Both the position numbers and the translations under genes were made by a program. A stretch of 63,435 bases of DNA, the filler included, from Octopus bimaculoides (Eukaryota), in assembly GCF_001194135.2 (NCBI RefSeq). It is 6 parts of 5 records of this genome, joined end to end, with 100 filler letters (N's around TTAATTAATTAA, not from the genome) between each part and the next. Parts side by side here need not be neighbours in the genome. Positions count along the whole stretch, not along the records: positions 1 to 23,859 come from NC_068999.1; 5 more parts are not named here. The stretch is one strand, 5' to 3'. Shown here piece after piece: positions 1 to 13,979 of this stretch. The first letter of the stretch is position 1; each line of letters opens with the position of its first letter. Under the pieces are notes generated by a model. The model did not search any database, was not told the origin of the DNA, and saw only the letters and a program-made list of their open reading frames with translations.

Positions 1-35
<35 letters not shown>

Positions 36-61
36 ACATATATGTGTGTGTGTGTATTTCT

Positions 62-235
62 TTGTGTTTGTGTTTTCTGCACCACCATTTGACAACTGGT
101 GGTGGTGTACTTAGTCAAGGTAACATAGCGGTTCTAGATTAGAACACGAGAGGCTAAGTACCGGGTCCCCTTTGTTCGACTAACAACCCCTCAAGTTAGT
201 GCTCTGCACGTCTACAGTTCACTGACTTAAATATG
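62..235 (+). mobile_element. Degenerate 3' half of SINE family A
   Basis: CACCACCATTTGACAACTGGTGGTGGTGT..TAGCGGTTC..TTTGTTCGACTAA matches the 3' half of the better copies at 3101 and 56961. Confidence 0.5.
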
Positions 236-433
236 CAATAGAAAAGCGACGAAAAATATATAAGAGTATTGATTGTTACCCCTTGATTGACCCTGATATG
301 GATGACGCTTGACTAAAATAATTCCAGATGCACTACGCGAACATTTTCAACGTGCATAACAATATATCAGTAACTGTTAGCTCTTTTTCTTTAACTCTGC
401 ACAGAACACAAAGATGCCGGGCTACGTTTAACA

Positions 434-522
434 GCCTAATATCCAGAGTAGTCTCTCTGTTTCTCTCTCTGTCTCTGTCTCTCTCTCTCTCTCTCTTTCT
501 CTCTGTCTCTCTCTCTCTCTCT
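434..522. repeat. (CT)n/(CTGT) microsatellite
   Basis: Directly visible. Confidence 0.9.
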
Positions 523-2814
523 CATTGCCTAGCGTATAGTATTTCTATATTGAATTTTTCACAACGTCATTGACAAGTAACGTGATGCTGATTATTTCAC
601 AGGTCACCTCAATTTGTGCCTTACGAAGGATACAAAACTAACATTATACTGAACTGAAGATAAAAATTAAATGCTTAGATTAAAATGTCGGAGAAGATAA
701 CTAACTAATAAAAATAAAATGAAGAATCAATATTAATTGTTTTCTGTGTTCTTTATGCCCACAAAATCAGGCACTAAAATATGGCGAATCCAATTATAAG
801 TTTATATTGTAATATTTCATACTTAAAGCTGACTAAAGAATTTTAAAAAATGTATAAAAATAAAGAAATGCAATTATCTCTAAAAACAGAGAAACAAAAA
901 TCAAAATGACACTGAAAATTCTAAATGAAATTAATAGATTTATTACAGTGAAACTGTAATTTATTTCAATATAATTTCAGAAGGAGATATACATGTGTGT
1001 GTTTGNNNNNNNNNNNNNNNNNNNNNNNNNNNNNNNNNNNNNNNNNNNNNNNNNNNNNNNNNNNNNNNNNNNNNNNNNNNNNNNNNNNNNNNNNNNNNNN
1101 NNNNNNNNNNNNNNNNNNNNNNNNNNNNNNNNNNNNNNNNNNNNNNNNNNNNNNNNNNNNNNNNNNNNNNNNNNNNNNNNNNNNNNNNNNNNNNNNNNNN
1201 NNNNNNNNNNNNNNNNNNNNNNNNNNNNNNNNNNNNNNNNNNNNNNNNNNNNNNNNNNNNNNNNNNNNNNNNNNNNNNNNNNNNNNNNNNNNNNNNNNNN
1301 NNNNNNNNNNNNNNNNNNNNNNNNNNNNNNNNNNNNNNNNNNNNNNNNNNNNNNNNNNNNNNNNNNNNNNNNNNNNNNNNNNNNNNNNNNNNNNNNNNNN
1401 NNNNNNNNNNNNNNNNNNNNNNNNNNNNNNNNNNNNNNNNNNNNNNNNNNNNNNNNNNNNNNNNNNNNNNNNNNNNNNNNNNNNNNNNNNNNNNNNNNNN
1501 NNNNNNNNNNNNNNNNNNNNNNNNNNNNNNNNNNNNNNNNNNNNNNNNNNNNNNNNNNNNNNNNNNNNNNNNNNNNNNNNNNNNNNNNNNNNNNNNNNNN
1601 NNNNNNNNNNNNNNNNNNNNNNNNNNNNNNNNNNNNNNNNNNNNNNNNNNNNNNNNNNNNNNNNNNNNNNNNNNNNNNNNNNNNNNNNNNNNNNNNNNNN
1701 NNNNNNNNNNNNNNNNNNNNNNNNNNNNNNNNNNNNNNNNNNNNNNNNNNNNNNNNNNNNNNNNNNNNNNNNNNNNNNNNNNNNNNNNNNNNNNNNNNNN
1801 NNNNNNNNNNNNNNNNNNNNNNNNNNNNNNNNNNNNNNNNNNNNNNNNNNNNNNATATATATATATATATATATATAACGTACACACGTTTATATATATA
1901 GACACAGGTACACACACACACGCACACGCACACGAAAATATATACAGGTGTATGCCTGAGTGTGTCAAACAGATGTCTAAATCTCCATTTGAGAGTCTGC
2001 AACATATAATGTGAATTCTTACGATTCAATTCTAAATTTATTTATCATTTACGAAATATTTTGCTAATAATAAGAAACAAGAGAGTAAAATAAACACAAA
2101 TATGAGCTCCTGGACCAGAGTCATAAAAACAGTTATCCTTATTTTCAGTAGCTGAATGCTGTAGTATGTTTATGCGTATGTTGCTATTCGTTTTCTCTGC
2201 GTATTTATTTCCTAGAGCTACTTATTTTTGTTTCTATTTTCATTTATTAATTTCACTTTTGTCTTTATAATTCACGTAAATAAATTATGAAAAGTGAGAT
2301 GCACACTGCAGCAATTTATTACTGTGAACAACGTGAGAAAATATAATTAAGTGAATATCAATTATATACATTAATTAACCAGCTACTTCAGTTCAGTTTT
2401 CAATAATTACCCTATTCGTTTAGCCAAACTCTGACTAAAATAGGAAAACTACATACCAACAAAAAAAGAAAAAAAGAATAGACATTCATACAGTTAGTTA
2501 GATAGGAACAAATGCATGAATTACTATGAGTCTTTACATGTTGATATTTATAGATAGGTATATGATAAAACTATTAAAAATAACAGTCAATCAAAATATT
2601 ATTTTAGAAAGTCCACCATTATTTATCTGTTTTATCTTCCAAATACATTTCCCAGCTTCACATGCACAGACTGGGACCCTCATAAATGAGCATGCAATAC
2701 ATACTTATGTACTTGTGTACATATATCTCTGTGTGTGTGTGTGTGTATGTGTGTGTGTATGAGTGTGCGTGTGTGTGTGTATGTGTGGGTTTGTGTGTGT
2801 TTGTATGTGTGTGT

Positions 2815-2846
<32 letters not shown>

Positions 2847-3100
2847 ACATATATGTTATTTTATCTTCCGTTAGGAAGTGATCCACAAATATTGCTGCAG
2901 CTCTATTCATTTGCAATTACTCACTCAAAATCCGTTAGCAGGTACTCCAGGACACACCAGTCATATAAGTCACAGAAGATAAAAAAACACATATACATGG
3001 CTGACCGACGACACATTTTCTGCAAAATATGGGTAGTTTGTCCTATTCATGCTATATTATTACCATTATCCTGCGTTTGAGAATAAAAAGATTAGTTCCT

Positions 3101-3468
3101 TAGCTTGCTTACCAACCACATGGTTCCGGGTTCAGTCCCACTGCGTGGCACCTTCGGCAACTGACTTTTACTATAGCCTCGGGACGACCAAAGCCTTGTG
3201 AGTGGATTTGATAGACGGAAAGTGTAAGAAGCCCGTCGTATATATGTATATATATACGTGTGCGTGTGCGTGTGCGTGTGCTTGTGTGTCTGTGTTTGTC
3301 CCCCACCATCACTTGACAACCAATGGTGGTGTGTTTACGTGCAGGTAACGTAGCGGTTCGGCAAAATGAGACCGATAGAATAAGTATTAGGCTTCCAAAG
3401 AATAAGTCCTGGGGTCGATTTGCTCGACTAAAGGCGGTGCTCCAGCATGGCCACCGTCAAATGACAGA
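3101..3468 (+). mobile_element. tRNA-derived SINE, family A
   Basis: B-box-like GGTTCAGTCCC, internal (TA)/(TG) tract, 3' part GGGGTCGATTTGCTCGACTAAAGGCGGTGCTCCAGCATGGCC; several similar copies in the window. Confidence 0.85.
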
Positions 3469-4200
3469 AATTTGGAAATGACATGCTGTATTGCTTGCCA
3501 TTCGCGCTGGAAGGTCCAATACGATCATTTTAAAGTGTTTGGGTGTGAATATTTGGAGAGAGCAATCTGAGGACATGTACCGAAAGTAATAAAAATCAAA
3601 CACCCAGTCAACATCATGGTGTTTGTTGTGATCACTAGTGATGGCGAAGTTATGCCTCCATTCATCTCCCCACACAGCCTCAGCCTCAACACGGAGGCCG
3701 ACATCAAGTATCATGAGGAGGTAATGCTGACCTGGATTAAAAGGGTGGCTGCTGGACGACCCTATGTCTGGCAACAGGCATCTGTACCATGTCACACAAG
3801 TTGGATTACCCATTCTTGGCCGTCAGATTATTTCTGCAACCACATCACCCCTAACGTCTGGCCACACAACTCCCCAGACTGAAAACCCTCTTGACTATGC
3901 GTGGAGAGCAGTTAAGCGAGAGACCAACAAAACTATTTGTAACACCAAAAATGAATTAAGGCAAGGACTATGGCAGTATTCACCAACTTAAACATGGAGA
4001 CTATCCAGAAGAATTGAAGGAGATTCCCAAGATGTCTGGAGGCTGTGGTTGAAGCCAATGGCGCTTTTATTGAATATATTCACTCTTCAGCATTTCAAGG
4101 TATTTTTAGGTAATTCTGGCAAATATATCTGTTAAAATGCGATGTTAGCGTCATTTTCCTTTTTGCGTAATTTAGACGACAGCTTATTCACTGCACCCTG
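3465..4200 (+). mobile_element. Tc1/mariner maT (DD37D) internally deleted transposon, copy 1
   Basis: KHPVNIMVF..RPYVWQQ..WPHNSPD-NPLDY motifs with stops and a frameshift; right end ..CACTGCACCCTG followed by TA; homologous to 55439-56302. Confidence 0.85.
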
Positions 4201-5089
4201 TATTTGTATGTATGTATATTTACGTGCATTGGATCTAAGAATGCCATCACCAGGTTGACATTAATATAGATATGTAAACACGGGCGGTCATGAGTCGAAA
4301 ATGCCTATTTGTCTTCCCTTAATAAGGAAAATCTATGTGCAACAATGCATGTTGTTTTTATAAGTATGTTGCGTATTCTTCATTTTTGGAGGTATCGTGT
4401 GAATTTCTCCGACGAACAGAATCGAACCAATGGATAGGCATTATAATTCTCGCACACTATCTTGAAAATAACCCTATGTTTTATACTTGTACGTGATGCC
4501 TATACGGCCTAAATGATACGTTGCTCCATAACATCTCATGGAAGGACAAAGAAAGACGTTTCGAGTCCTTTGAATTCATATTATGATTTTGGTTCGCACT
4601 ATATCGACTTATTTTAGATTTAGGCAACTCGTATTAGAAAATATCAAAAACGTTAAAACTATGTGAGTAGAAAAATTAAATTAGGATTACTATTTGTACA
4701 TCTGCTTCAGTGTTTTAATCTCTTAAAACTTTAAATCTATAAATGTTTTAATATTATTTGTTCCTATATAATCTGCCAGATTGAATTAGTATAAAATGAC
4801 AGCTAAATTTTGTCTTTATTAATTGTATTATGCATTGGGTTCTTTCCACTTAATTATTTGTTATATTTAACTTATATTCTACAATATTTTCTCAAAGGGA
4901 AAGTAAAACAGCTTATCAATAAATTTAAGATATATAATTATTCTTCATCGAAAAATACGATTCACTTCAATAAGAGAAAACAGCAATGCCGGCACTGACT
5001 AAAGAACTGCCTGATCTTCAATGAATTTTACAATCTAAATGTTGTAAAGCTGCCCTTATTGAAAGACCTTGACATCAATCTCCCTCCCC

Positions 5090-5223
5090 TATTTCACTTC
5101 ATCTTTCTCCCTATCTCCCTCTGTCTCTGCATCTATCACTCTCTCCCTCTCTCTCTGTCTGTCTGTATGTCTCTCTGTCTCTCTCTCCCTCTCTGTCTCT
5201 CTCTGTCTCTGTCTCTCTCTCTT

Positions 5224-5255
<32 letters not shown>
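5090..5255. repeat. (CT)n-rich microsatellite
   Basis: Directly visible. Confidence 0.9.
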
Positions 5256-5258
<3 letters not shown>

Positions 5259-6650
5259 CAGTCGTTCCAAATGTGTCACTCTTTAAACACGAACGATTTC
5301 CTACCCATCCATATTTCAAGAATTCACATCGTTTCCCACATTATTTGCATAGTCTAACAAATCACCAATCACAATTATAGCCTATGTAAACTTATTTCTA
5401 CCACAGACGTATATCAGACGTATATCAGAGAATTTTATCTTCTAATTGTCTGTGACTGAAAAAGTGAACATGATTTTCTTAAGTATCGACACACATACAC
5501 AAACTCACACATGCATACAGAAATATATGTATGTAAGTATGTATATATGCATGCATGTGTGCATGTATATATANNNNNNNNNNNNNNNNNNNNNNNNNNN
5601 NNNNNNNNNNNNNNNNNNNNNNNNNNNNNNNNNNNNNNNNNNNNNNNNNNNNNNNNNNNNNNNNNNNNNNNNNNNNNNNNNNNNNNNNNNNNNNNNNNNN
5701 NNNNNNNNNNNNNNNNNNNNNNNNNNNNNNNNNNNNNNNNNNNNNNNNNNNNNNNNNNNNNNNNNNNNNNNNNNNNNNNNNNNNNNNNNNNNNNNNNNNN
5801 NNNNNNNNNNNNNNNNNNNNNNNNNNNNNNNNNNNNNNNNNNNNNNNNNNNNNNNNNNNNNNNNNNNNNNNNNNNNNNNNNNNNNNNNNNNNNNNNNNNN
5901 NTATGTATATATATATATATAGTTTTAGGTAAAAGAACCAATGTTCATGAGCTCATCGACGAAAATTTACTTTCACATATAGAAAAAAATAATAAGTAAA
6001 AGCACAATAAATAAGTATAATATAATACAAAGTAAATGCCATAAGATAATGATAATAAAACGACTACACGTGTTTCATAACCAATTTTCAAATAGAAAGA
6101 ATATTTAAATCGATTAAAATTATCGAAAATGTATTCTATTCGAAAATATAGCTAATCTTCAGGTCAAAATACAACAATAATAATAATAAAAGAATGTATA
6201 TATCAACCAACAATAAATAACAAATGAACGTATACAAACGTTCCAAATTAACTTTACGTTTATTATAATATAATCTAACAGGAAATTTATATGCAAATCT
6301 AATTTTAATGAATATTTCGTTTAAAATACAATTTGAACCACGTTTTAGGTTAAAATAATAAAGATAGCAGTAGCACATATTTAGACGATGCTATAGTTAA
6401 AACTAAAAGATGTTAGACTAAAACGTTTATTTGAAAGTATTCTCGTGAAAATATTCCGTAAAGAAAAAGAATAGAATAAATAGATATAAAAACACGAATG
6501 AACATTTTATTATGAATGAAAGATTAAACTTTATATAACTTAGATCATAATAAAACAATTAACTATAATGTATAATCAAACAATAGTGTATAAATTACTA
6601 ATATCTGTATTGACTGAATATACCTAAAGTTTTTTAATAGTTTTTTAATG

Positions 6651-8860
6651 CAAAAAGGGTGTGAACATAGGTCATATGGTTGTAGAGATCAGCTACTCGT
6701 CAATAAGAATATCTAGAAAGAATGTCACATACGACACAAAAACCTGTCGATAACCTAGATAGACTACAAAAAAAGCTTTTGATAGTCTTCCATATAGCTG
6801 GATTAATAAATGTCTGGACATATACAAAATAGCACCTACTCTGTGAAACATCTTGTCTGCAAATATAAGATTATGGAGAAACACACTGAGTTTGAACGGT
6901 GACAATGAATCTCTCAATGCTTAAGATGTAAGAATTTCATGAGGCATTTTCCAGGGTGACTCTCTGTCACCACTCATCTTTTGTCTAGTGTTAATGCCTC
7001 TCTCGAAACTGTTCGATGATACACATTACGGCTACAAAATATTTGATAAAAATATAAATTATCTCATTTACATGGATGATATGAAGTTCTTTGAAAGAAA
7101 AATACCTACAACTACATGGCTTACTAGCGACTGCTAAACAATTCAGTGATGGCATCAGGAGGCAATTTGGCCTCGATAAATGTACAAAAGCTACTTCTAT
7201 CAAAGGAGAAATGACAGAAACATCCAACGTTAATCTTGGGCAGCAGTGATGAGGGAAAGGATCTGAAGATGTTATCGCAGTGGAAGGGCAATACTGAAGA
7301 TAGAGGTGAATGCAAGAAACAGGATCAAAGCGACCAATACTTTAGCCATACCGGTCGTGACTTACTGTTTCAATATCATTAACTGGTCAATTATGAAATA
7401 TGAAATTTGAAATACTAGGAAATATGTAATCTTGACAAAAAAGTACGAAATTTGTTGTCAATGTATAGAATGAATCACCCAAAGTCAGATATAGAACGGT
7501 TTTACCTACCAAGAAAAGAGGGTGGCTGCGGACTTTTACAACTGGAATTAACGATGAAGATTGCCAAATCTGGCCTAGACACCTACCTGAAAAACTCTGA
7601 TGACTGGATGTTAAAACTTGTCTAAAAGCATGGAAACAAGAAAACATCATACACAGTAACGCAACTGGCAAAGGAATATCGAAGTGAATTCTAAATACAG
7701 CAAATTCCAGAATCAGACGTATCAGAAACCAATACAGAAAAAGCTAAGCGTTTGAAAACTTGTGTTAAACTACTGCTTTAGAAATTCTTACTGACAAATG
7801 GCAAGAAAAACCTCTCGATAGCAAGTACCCAAAGAGAGCTAATATTGCCGATGTTGACAAAGCCCTTACCAATTCATGGCTAGTGTCTTCTGGCTTAAAA
7901 TCAGACAGAGAACTGTTTATCATAGCAGCCCAAGATCAATTCCTACCTACAAGGAACTACCAGGCCAACATATTAAAGAACGGCAGTAGGCAGACATGTC
8001 ATGTATGTCAACAACAAAATGAAATCATTGATCATGTCTCCTTGTGCTGTCATCTTGCGCCCACAGCGTATCTCAACAGGCATGATAGAGCGGCACAATA
8101 AATTCACTGGATAATTTGCAAAATCCTGGACCATGATAAAATTCATGATAAAAACTGGTGGGAATGCAAACCATATCCAGTGCTTGAAAATGGTCACATC
8201 TCATGTCTCTGGAACTTCCCCATTCAAACTGACAGAAAGACAGATGCGAATAGGACAGACATTATATTAAAAGACCAACAATCATGCCTCCTCATTGATA
8301 TAACTTTATCAATCGACATAAATGCCGGTCAATATCTATCAAACCTGTGCAAGAGTAAATATTTTGAAATAGAAATTGGCAAATGTGATTGTCTTCCATA
8401 TAGCTGGATTAAGAAATGCCTGCACATGTATAAAATGGCACCTACTCTGTGAAACGTTTTGTCTGTAAATATGAGATCATGGAGAACCACACTGACTTTG
8501 ATTAGTGACAACGAATCTCTCAATGCTGAAACAATACCAGTTGTAATAGGTGCCCTAGGAATCATAGCAAAAGGGGCTGATTGCTACCTAGATCAGATAC
8601 CAGGAAACCCCAAAATGGCAAAAATTCAAAGGTAGTGCTCATGGGAACTGCCCATATCCTACGTAAAGTTCTCTGTCATCACAGATTTTAAAACAAATTG
8701 AAATGTTTTCTTAAACATTCTCTAGTACAATATTATTTGCAAAACCAAATATATGACAACCCTCGCCATAACACCAACATGGATTTCTTGCTTGTTGTCT
8801 CTTGAGGTCTCTGGGTGAAACTTGGAGCCACTTTATACAAATACAATGCAAAAGTCAAAC

Positions 8861-8922
<62 letters not shown>

Positions 8923-8933
8923 GCAATAATAAT
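6651..8933 (+). mobile_element. R4/Dong-like non-LTR retrotransposon (RT + CCHC + restriction-like endonuclease), 5'-truncated and pseudogenised
   Basis: Translated motifs QKGC..SYGCRDQLL, IDYKKAFDS, GIFQGDSLSP, YMDD, LAIPVVTY, LPRKEGGCGLLQLE, FIIAAQDQ, CHVC..EIIDHV..C..RHD, LWNFPIQTD..RTDI..LID, IPVVIGALG; 3' (AAT)n tail at about 8866-8933; many stops and frameshifts. Confidence 0.92.
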
Positions 8934-9864
8934 TGCATCCATTTTGTAGTCCGGGTCTCATACGGTACATCCGTACATAAAGTTCTGTCTCACTAAAGAT
9001 CCTGATTTTCGGCTGTCATGCTGTTATAAGCCCCTTTGGTTACGGAATGAAACAATGCTACAATTTTTACTTACTATTATATTTCTATAATAAGAATTGC
9101 AAACATTTCTAAATATAGACAAATAACTGTTTGGAAAAAAATTAAAAATTTTAAAAAAATATTGTTGTGGAAGTGAATATATGAACAGGGATGGATTGGG
9201 GTACATTGGCTTTAAGACAAATGAATGATACTAGAAAAAGGAAGGGCAAGATATATAAGCAAGGTAGTAGGTAAAGAATATTTAGCTGGATAGCTTAGGT
9301 TGGGATGCGTATACACACATGCGCACACACAACCGCTTGTACATATATTTAGACAAGGGCCGTTGTCTCACCAACCCATATGTAAATTTCGGCTGTAGCT
9401 CGTATAATTTATGACTGGAAGACAACCTCACCAGAAATCTGTCGTCACAATCATCTCATGACTAGGGCAGCTCCCAGACAGTTTGTTCCGACCCATATGT
9501 ATAGCACTGATGGTGAATCACACACCCGTACGCCTGTATATGCATACACACATGCATACATACACTCACACATATATGTTCCTACATGATTCTTTTGAAC
9601 GCAACTGGGAATCATGAAACTACGCAAACTAAAAGGTACTAAAATATAGTCTCTAAACTAACATAACTCATGAATTATCTACAGAGGCACAAAATATGCC
9701 TTTGTATATTTTTACACCTGTGTACAGATATTCATGTTCATATATTAAGATATGTAACCTTACAAAGCATCTGTATATTAATAATAATATAAGCCAGCAA
9801 CTACATGCTTGACAAACTAACGACGCAGTAGTGATGCATAGATCTAATTGGGTTGCAGGAATGT

Positions 9865-10043
9865 GTATGTGTCACGCTGAATATCCCCGAAAACTACGTT
9901 AAGGGTGCACGGGTCTGTGGAGTGCTCAGCCACCTGCACGTTAATTTCACGTTAATTTCACGTTAATTTCACGAGCAGGCTGTTCCGTTGGTCGGATCAA
10001 CTGGAACCCTCGATGTCGTAAGCGACGGAGTGCCAACAACAGC
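9865..10043 (+). mobile_element. 3' half of SINE family C, with an 11-bp triplication (CGTTAATTTCA)x3
   Basis: GTGGAGTGCTCAGCCAC..GAGCAGGCTGTTCCGTT..GTAAGCGACGGAGTGCCA shared with 60620-60949. Confidence 0.8.
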
Positions 10044-10211
10044 AATATATATACCTGTATATATATATATATANNNNNNNNNNNNNNNNNNNNNNNNNNN
10101 NNNNNNNNNNNNNNNNNNNNNNNNNNNNNNNNNNNNNNNNNNNNNNNNNNNNNNNNNNNNNNNNNNNNNNNNNNNNNNNNNNNNNNNNNNNNNNNNNNNN
10201 NNNNNNNNNNN

Positions 10212-10245
<34 letters not shown>

Positions 10246-11591
10246 TGTATGTGTGCGCGCGTGTGCGTTTGTGTACTCACACACACGCATATAAATATAT
10301 ATATGTAGGTGTATGCATCCATATTTGTCAATATATATGTGAGGGGAAGCGTGAATCAGCAAAAGACATTTAACTAATTCAAAATCCAGTTGAAATATAT
10401 TTGACAGATTCGAACCTTCATGAATTTTTCACTTTAGTTTGTCAGAGAAACAAAATAATCGCTTACAATCGGGTGTCTTAAGCACGTTAGTCAGAAATAC
10501 CTTCCCATGAGTTGATTGATTCCTATAGAATCCCTTACGTGAGCCTGGGCTGATTAAGAAGCAATACTCACTTTATCGTAATTTATCAATAGCGCATGTT
10601 GGCTGCCACGCTGGTCCAAATACGTGAGTCTCATTCCTTTATAGTCTCTCTACTTTATCCACTCAGTTACGATAAAGTACATTGTTGACCTCGACAAGAT
10701 ATTAACTCACAATGTACAATATCAGAAGAAATGCTTCTGTGCATTTTGTCCGATGCGCTATAGATTCTGCTATTCCATCACCTAAAGTGAATTTAGGTGT
10801 AACGCCAGGAGATGCGTGTAAAATGTATACCCTCAGAGTAGAAAATCGGTTGTTGTTAATTATTATATTTTCGAGAATGCTAATGAACCATATTTTGCAT
10901 TATATGCTGCTTTATAACAAGGCAGTAGAATGCTAGCTTCTATAGAATGACTTACAGCATGCAGTGATGTGTTGCTACTCTCATATTATGTGTATGATAC
11001 GTCTGACATCGTGTATACACTTCTTCTAAATATATTACTGTCACCCTAACGAAAATATTGCTCCCTTACTAAACTTTGCGTCTATTCACGGGAACATTAA
11101 GTTTCGTATACAAGTATATTATGTGTAACATGCAAAAAGGTCATATTAATTCGTAATGTTTCGTGCAAAACAGAGTGCACTAATACATCGATATCGCAAT
11201 GCTCAGCATATCTGCTGACTTTCTATGGGCAACGTTTGTAGAGAATGGTAGCAAGTCTCTTAAGTGTGTGTGGGCATGTACAGTAAATATTGTCATGGTA
11301 TTCTATGTAAAAGCTAAGCGTAAGCGATACTGTGAAGCAAATATTCTGCGATAAAACAAACCGATCGCACATTATTATGCATGTGATATATTTATGTTAA
11401 ACTTTCCATACGTTTGAAACGATACTGCCACAAAAGAAATATCGTTTATGTAATTGAACGAAATTCTTTAGATATCGTATTTGCTTGAGAAAAGATAGGA
11501 ATGAAAGAAAACGATTACTTTGATGAATTTCATATGAAAAGGAATAAAGTGAAACCTAACAGATACACACACATATGCACACACACAGAGA

Positions 11592-11622
<31 letters not shown>

Positions 11623-12744
11623 GTATATATATANNNNNNNNNNNNNNNNNNNNNNNNNNNNNNNNNNNNNNNNNNNNNNNNNNNNNNNNNNNNNNNNNNN
11701 NNNNNNNNNNNNNNNNNNNNNNNNNNNNNNNNNNNNNNNNNNNNNNNNNNNNNNNNNNNNNNNNNNNNNNNNNNNNNNNNNNNNNNNNNNNNNNNNNNNN
11801 NNNNNNNNTATATACATATATATATATAAAATATTGATTATAGAATATTTTTAAACACATGTCTCAGAATTTCCTGAGATAATATGGATATGTCTTTTCC
11901 AAGTACGTGTTTCACTAGCATTCTATCTATAGAGTGGGAATGAAAATCCTATTACGAAACGTTGACGATTTCTGAAGTAGAAAATGCATGTTCTAGCAAA
12001 ATATAAGGTATAAGAAATTCACATTATAAATATAAAATCAAATCATGTATTTCTATATGAGTGTCAATTAAATGTAAAAGGTACTGAAGCTATATTCCGA
12101 TCTTACTATTGTGCATGAAAATAAAGTTACTTGAACTGGGGCATAAATAATACCCTCTAATATACCAGGTTGCGACAAAGAGCTTTGTTTCGGATTTTCA
12201 CGAAGGTATTTGGGAGTTTGTATCGCTAGGTTATATAATCAATTTCACACAACTTTTTCAATCGTTGCTGAATTATTTATTGTATATTTTCATATTTAAT
12301 TTATAAACTTCATCTATTCTATAAAAATAAACAATTATAGCAAGAGAGGCAGTATTAATACCTAGGCAAAATATTCACCACTTAAAAGTGGATCTTACAT
12401 GAGAACACATATATTCCAACATTTACCAAGAGAAAAATCTCTCATATGGTTACATTGTACATAAATAGCACATCCTAACAATCGCCAGTGACAAGCAGAT
12501 ACTGCTACTTCTGCTTCTCGGACAACTGGATTATGTGATTTCAGCTTGGTTTAGCCATTTTACGCTATATGTGGCTTGAGAGCAAAGGCAGCGGCAAGAG
12601 AAATAACCGATAGGGAAGACTGAGCAGTTGTCAACGTACGTAGTAGGTGAAATCATAAACTCAAAAATGGGATCCCTGCTGATATGATGTGACCCAATAA
12701 TACTAGGGGCCAACGATATCCACTGGGAAACAACAACAACAATA

Positions 12745-12930
12745 CGACGGAATCGCCTGAAAAATGCTTAGCAACATTCATTCCGAGTTATGTGTTCAAA
12801 TGCCGCAACCGTTGGATTTGTCGTTGTTAACTTAGGGTCGATACACTAAGTACCAGTTGAACACTGGTGTCATGTAATTGACTTAGTGCTCCCCCTATAT
12901 TCCTGGCCTTCTGCTAACATGATAAATCAA
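12745..12930 (+). mobile_element. Degenerate SINE family B
   Basis: AAATGCTTAGC..GTTCAAATGCCGC..AAGTACCAGTTGAACACTGG resemble copies at 38138 and 32041. Confidence 0.55.
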
Positions 12931-13644
12931 TATGTTGGGTAAATAATTTACACTATGTATTTATATATATGAAGCAAATATTTTAGAATACATTTTCTAT
13001 AAGATACGTTTTCCAAATTCAATTTTTTCAAAAATACCTTGGCGTATATATTCACAAAGTATGTGCAACATAAATACCTTTAAGAAGAGAAAGGAAAAAT
13101 GATCACAGGTAACTTCATGCCTTTCCTATGAGATCCAGGCATCAGTGTATATAATCATGTGCGTAGTGTATCTGTATTCAGATACTGCTTGTGCATTGAA
13201 AGTCCAAAGACAGCTTTCAATGACAGCTCTCATCTATCTGTCTCCTCGCACTGTCAGTAAACTCCAAGTTTTAATGTAGCAGATTACGCAGCAGCATATC
13301 TCTGCAGTTTGCCAGGGCCTCTAACATTGCAGCTCAGTGAATTCCCGGTCAGAGGTGTGTGAAGAGGAATTTTTCTGCATATTAATAAAATTTGCTAAAG
13401 GACGACTTTTGTTATTGTGAAACTGTAACTACTACAATTATGAATTACAATCATTTAAATAATTGGAAAAATCAATTTCTATGGACGGTGTATATTTTAT
13501 TGGATCATGATATATTTAGCTGAACATTTAAAGATAAGTAGCAAGTCGATTATCAAGGAGATTCAGCTGAAAGGGGAATTCTACCCGACTATGTTCCAGG
13601 TAAATGGTAGGTTGTGAACTCTTTTAGTAATCCGCTTTGCCATT

Positions 13645-13775
13645 CATTTGTTGACCCCAAAAGGGTGAAAGCAAAGTCGGAATAAAAATAATAGTATAAA
13701 TTCCGCCGATAAAAAAATAATATTTTTTTTTATCGGCAGAATTTCAACTCAGAACGTAAAGACAGACGAAATAAA
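13645..13775 (-). mobile_element. Degenerate SINE family B containing a palindromic rearrangement
   Basis: TTGACCCCAAAAGGGTGAAAGCAAAGTCG..CGGCAGAATTTCAACTCAGAACGTAAAGACAGACGAAAT matches family B. Confidence 0.65.
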
Positions 13776-13979
13776 AATTTTAACGAAGTTATTAAGAAAT
13801 AGAATGTGACGGAGAAAGAAGGGACATGGGAATATTTTCCAGTGACATTTGTAGTGATTTATTGTGATATGTATTAAATGTACTTGTATACCATTTTCAT
13901 TCATAATATGCCACATTCACAAACACATTGTCATACGTTTGTTCCAGAAAAAAAGAAATATTAGAAATATTATATCGAA

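Noticed and set aside
961-2029. Long ORFs of 200-380 aa here and at the other N runs
   Set aside because: They are open only because N codons translate as X; the flanks are microsatellites.
13221-13256. Inverted pair of TGACAG (TALE/Meis-type) sites
   Set aside because: Two hexamers are expected by chance; there is no independent support without conservation data.
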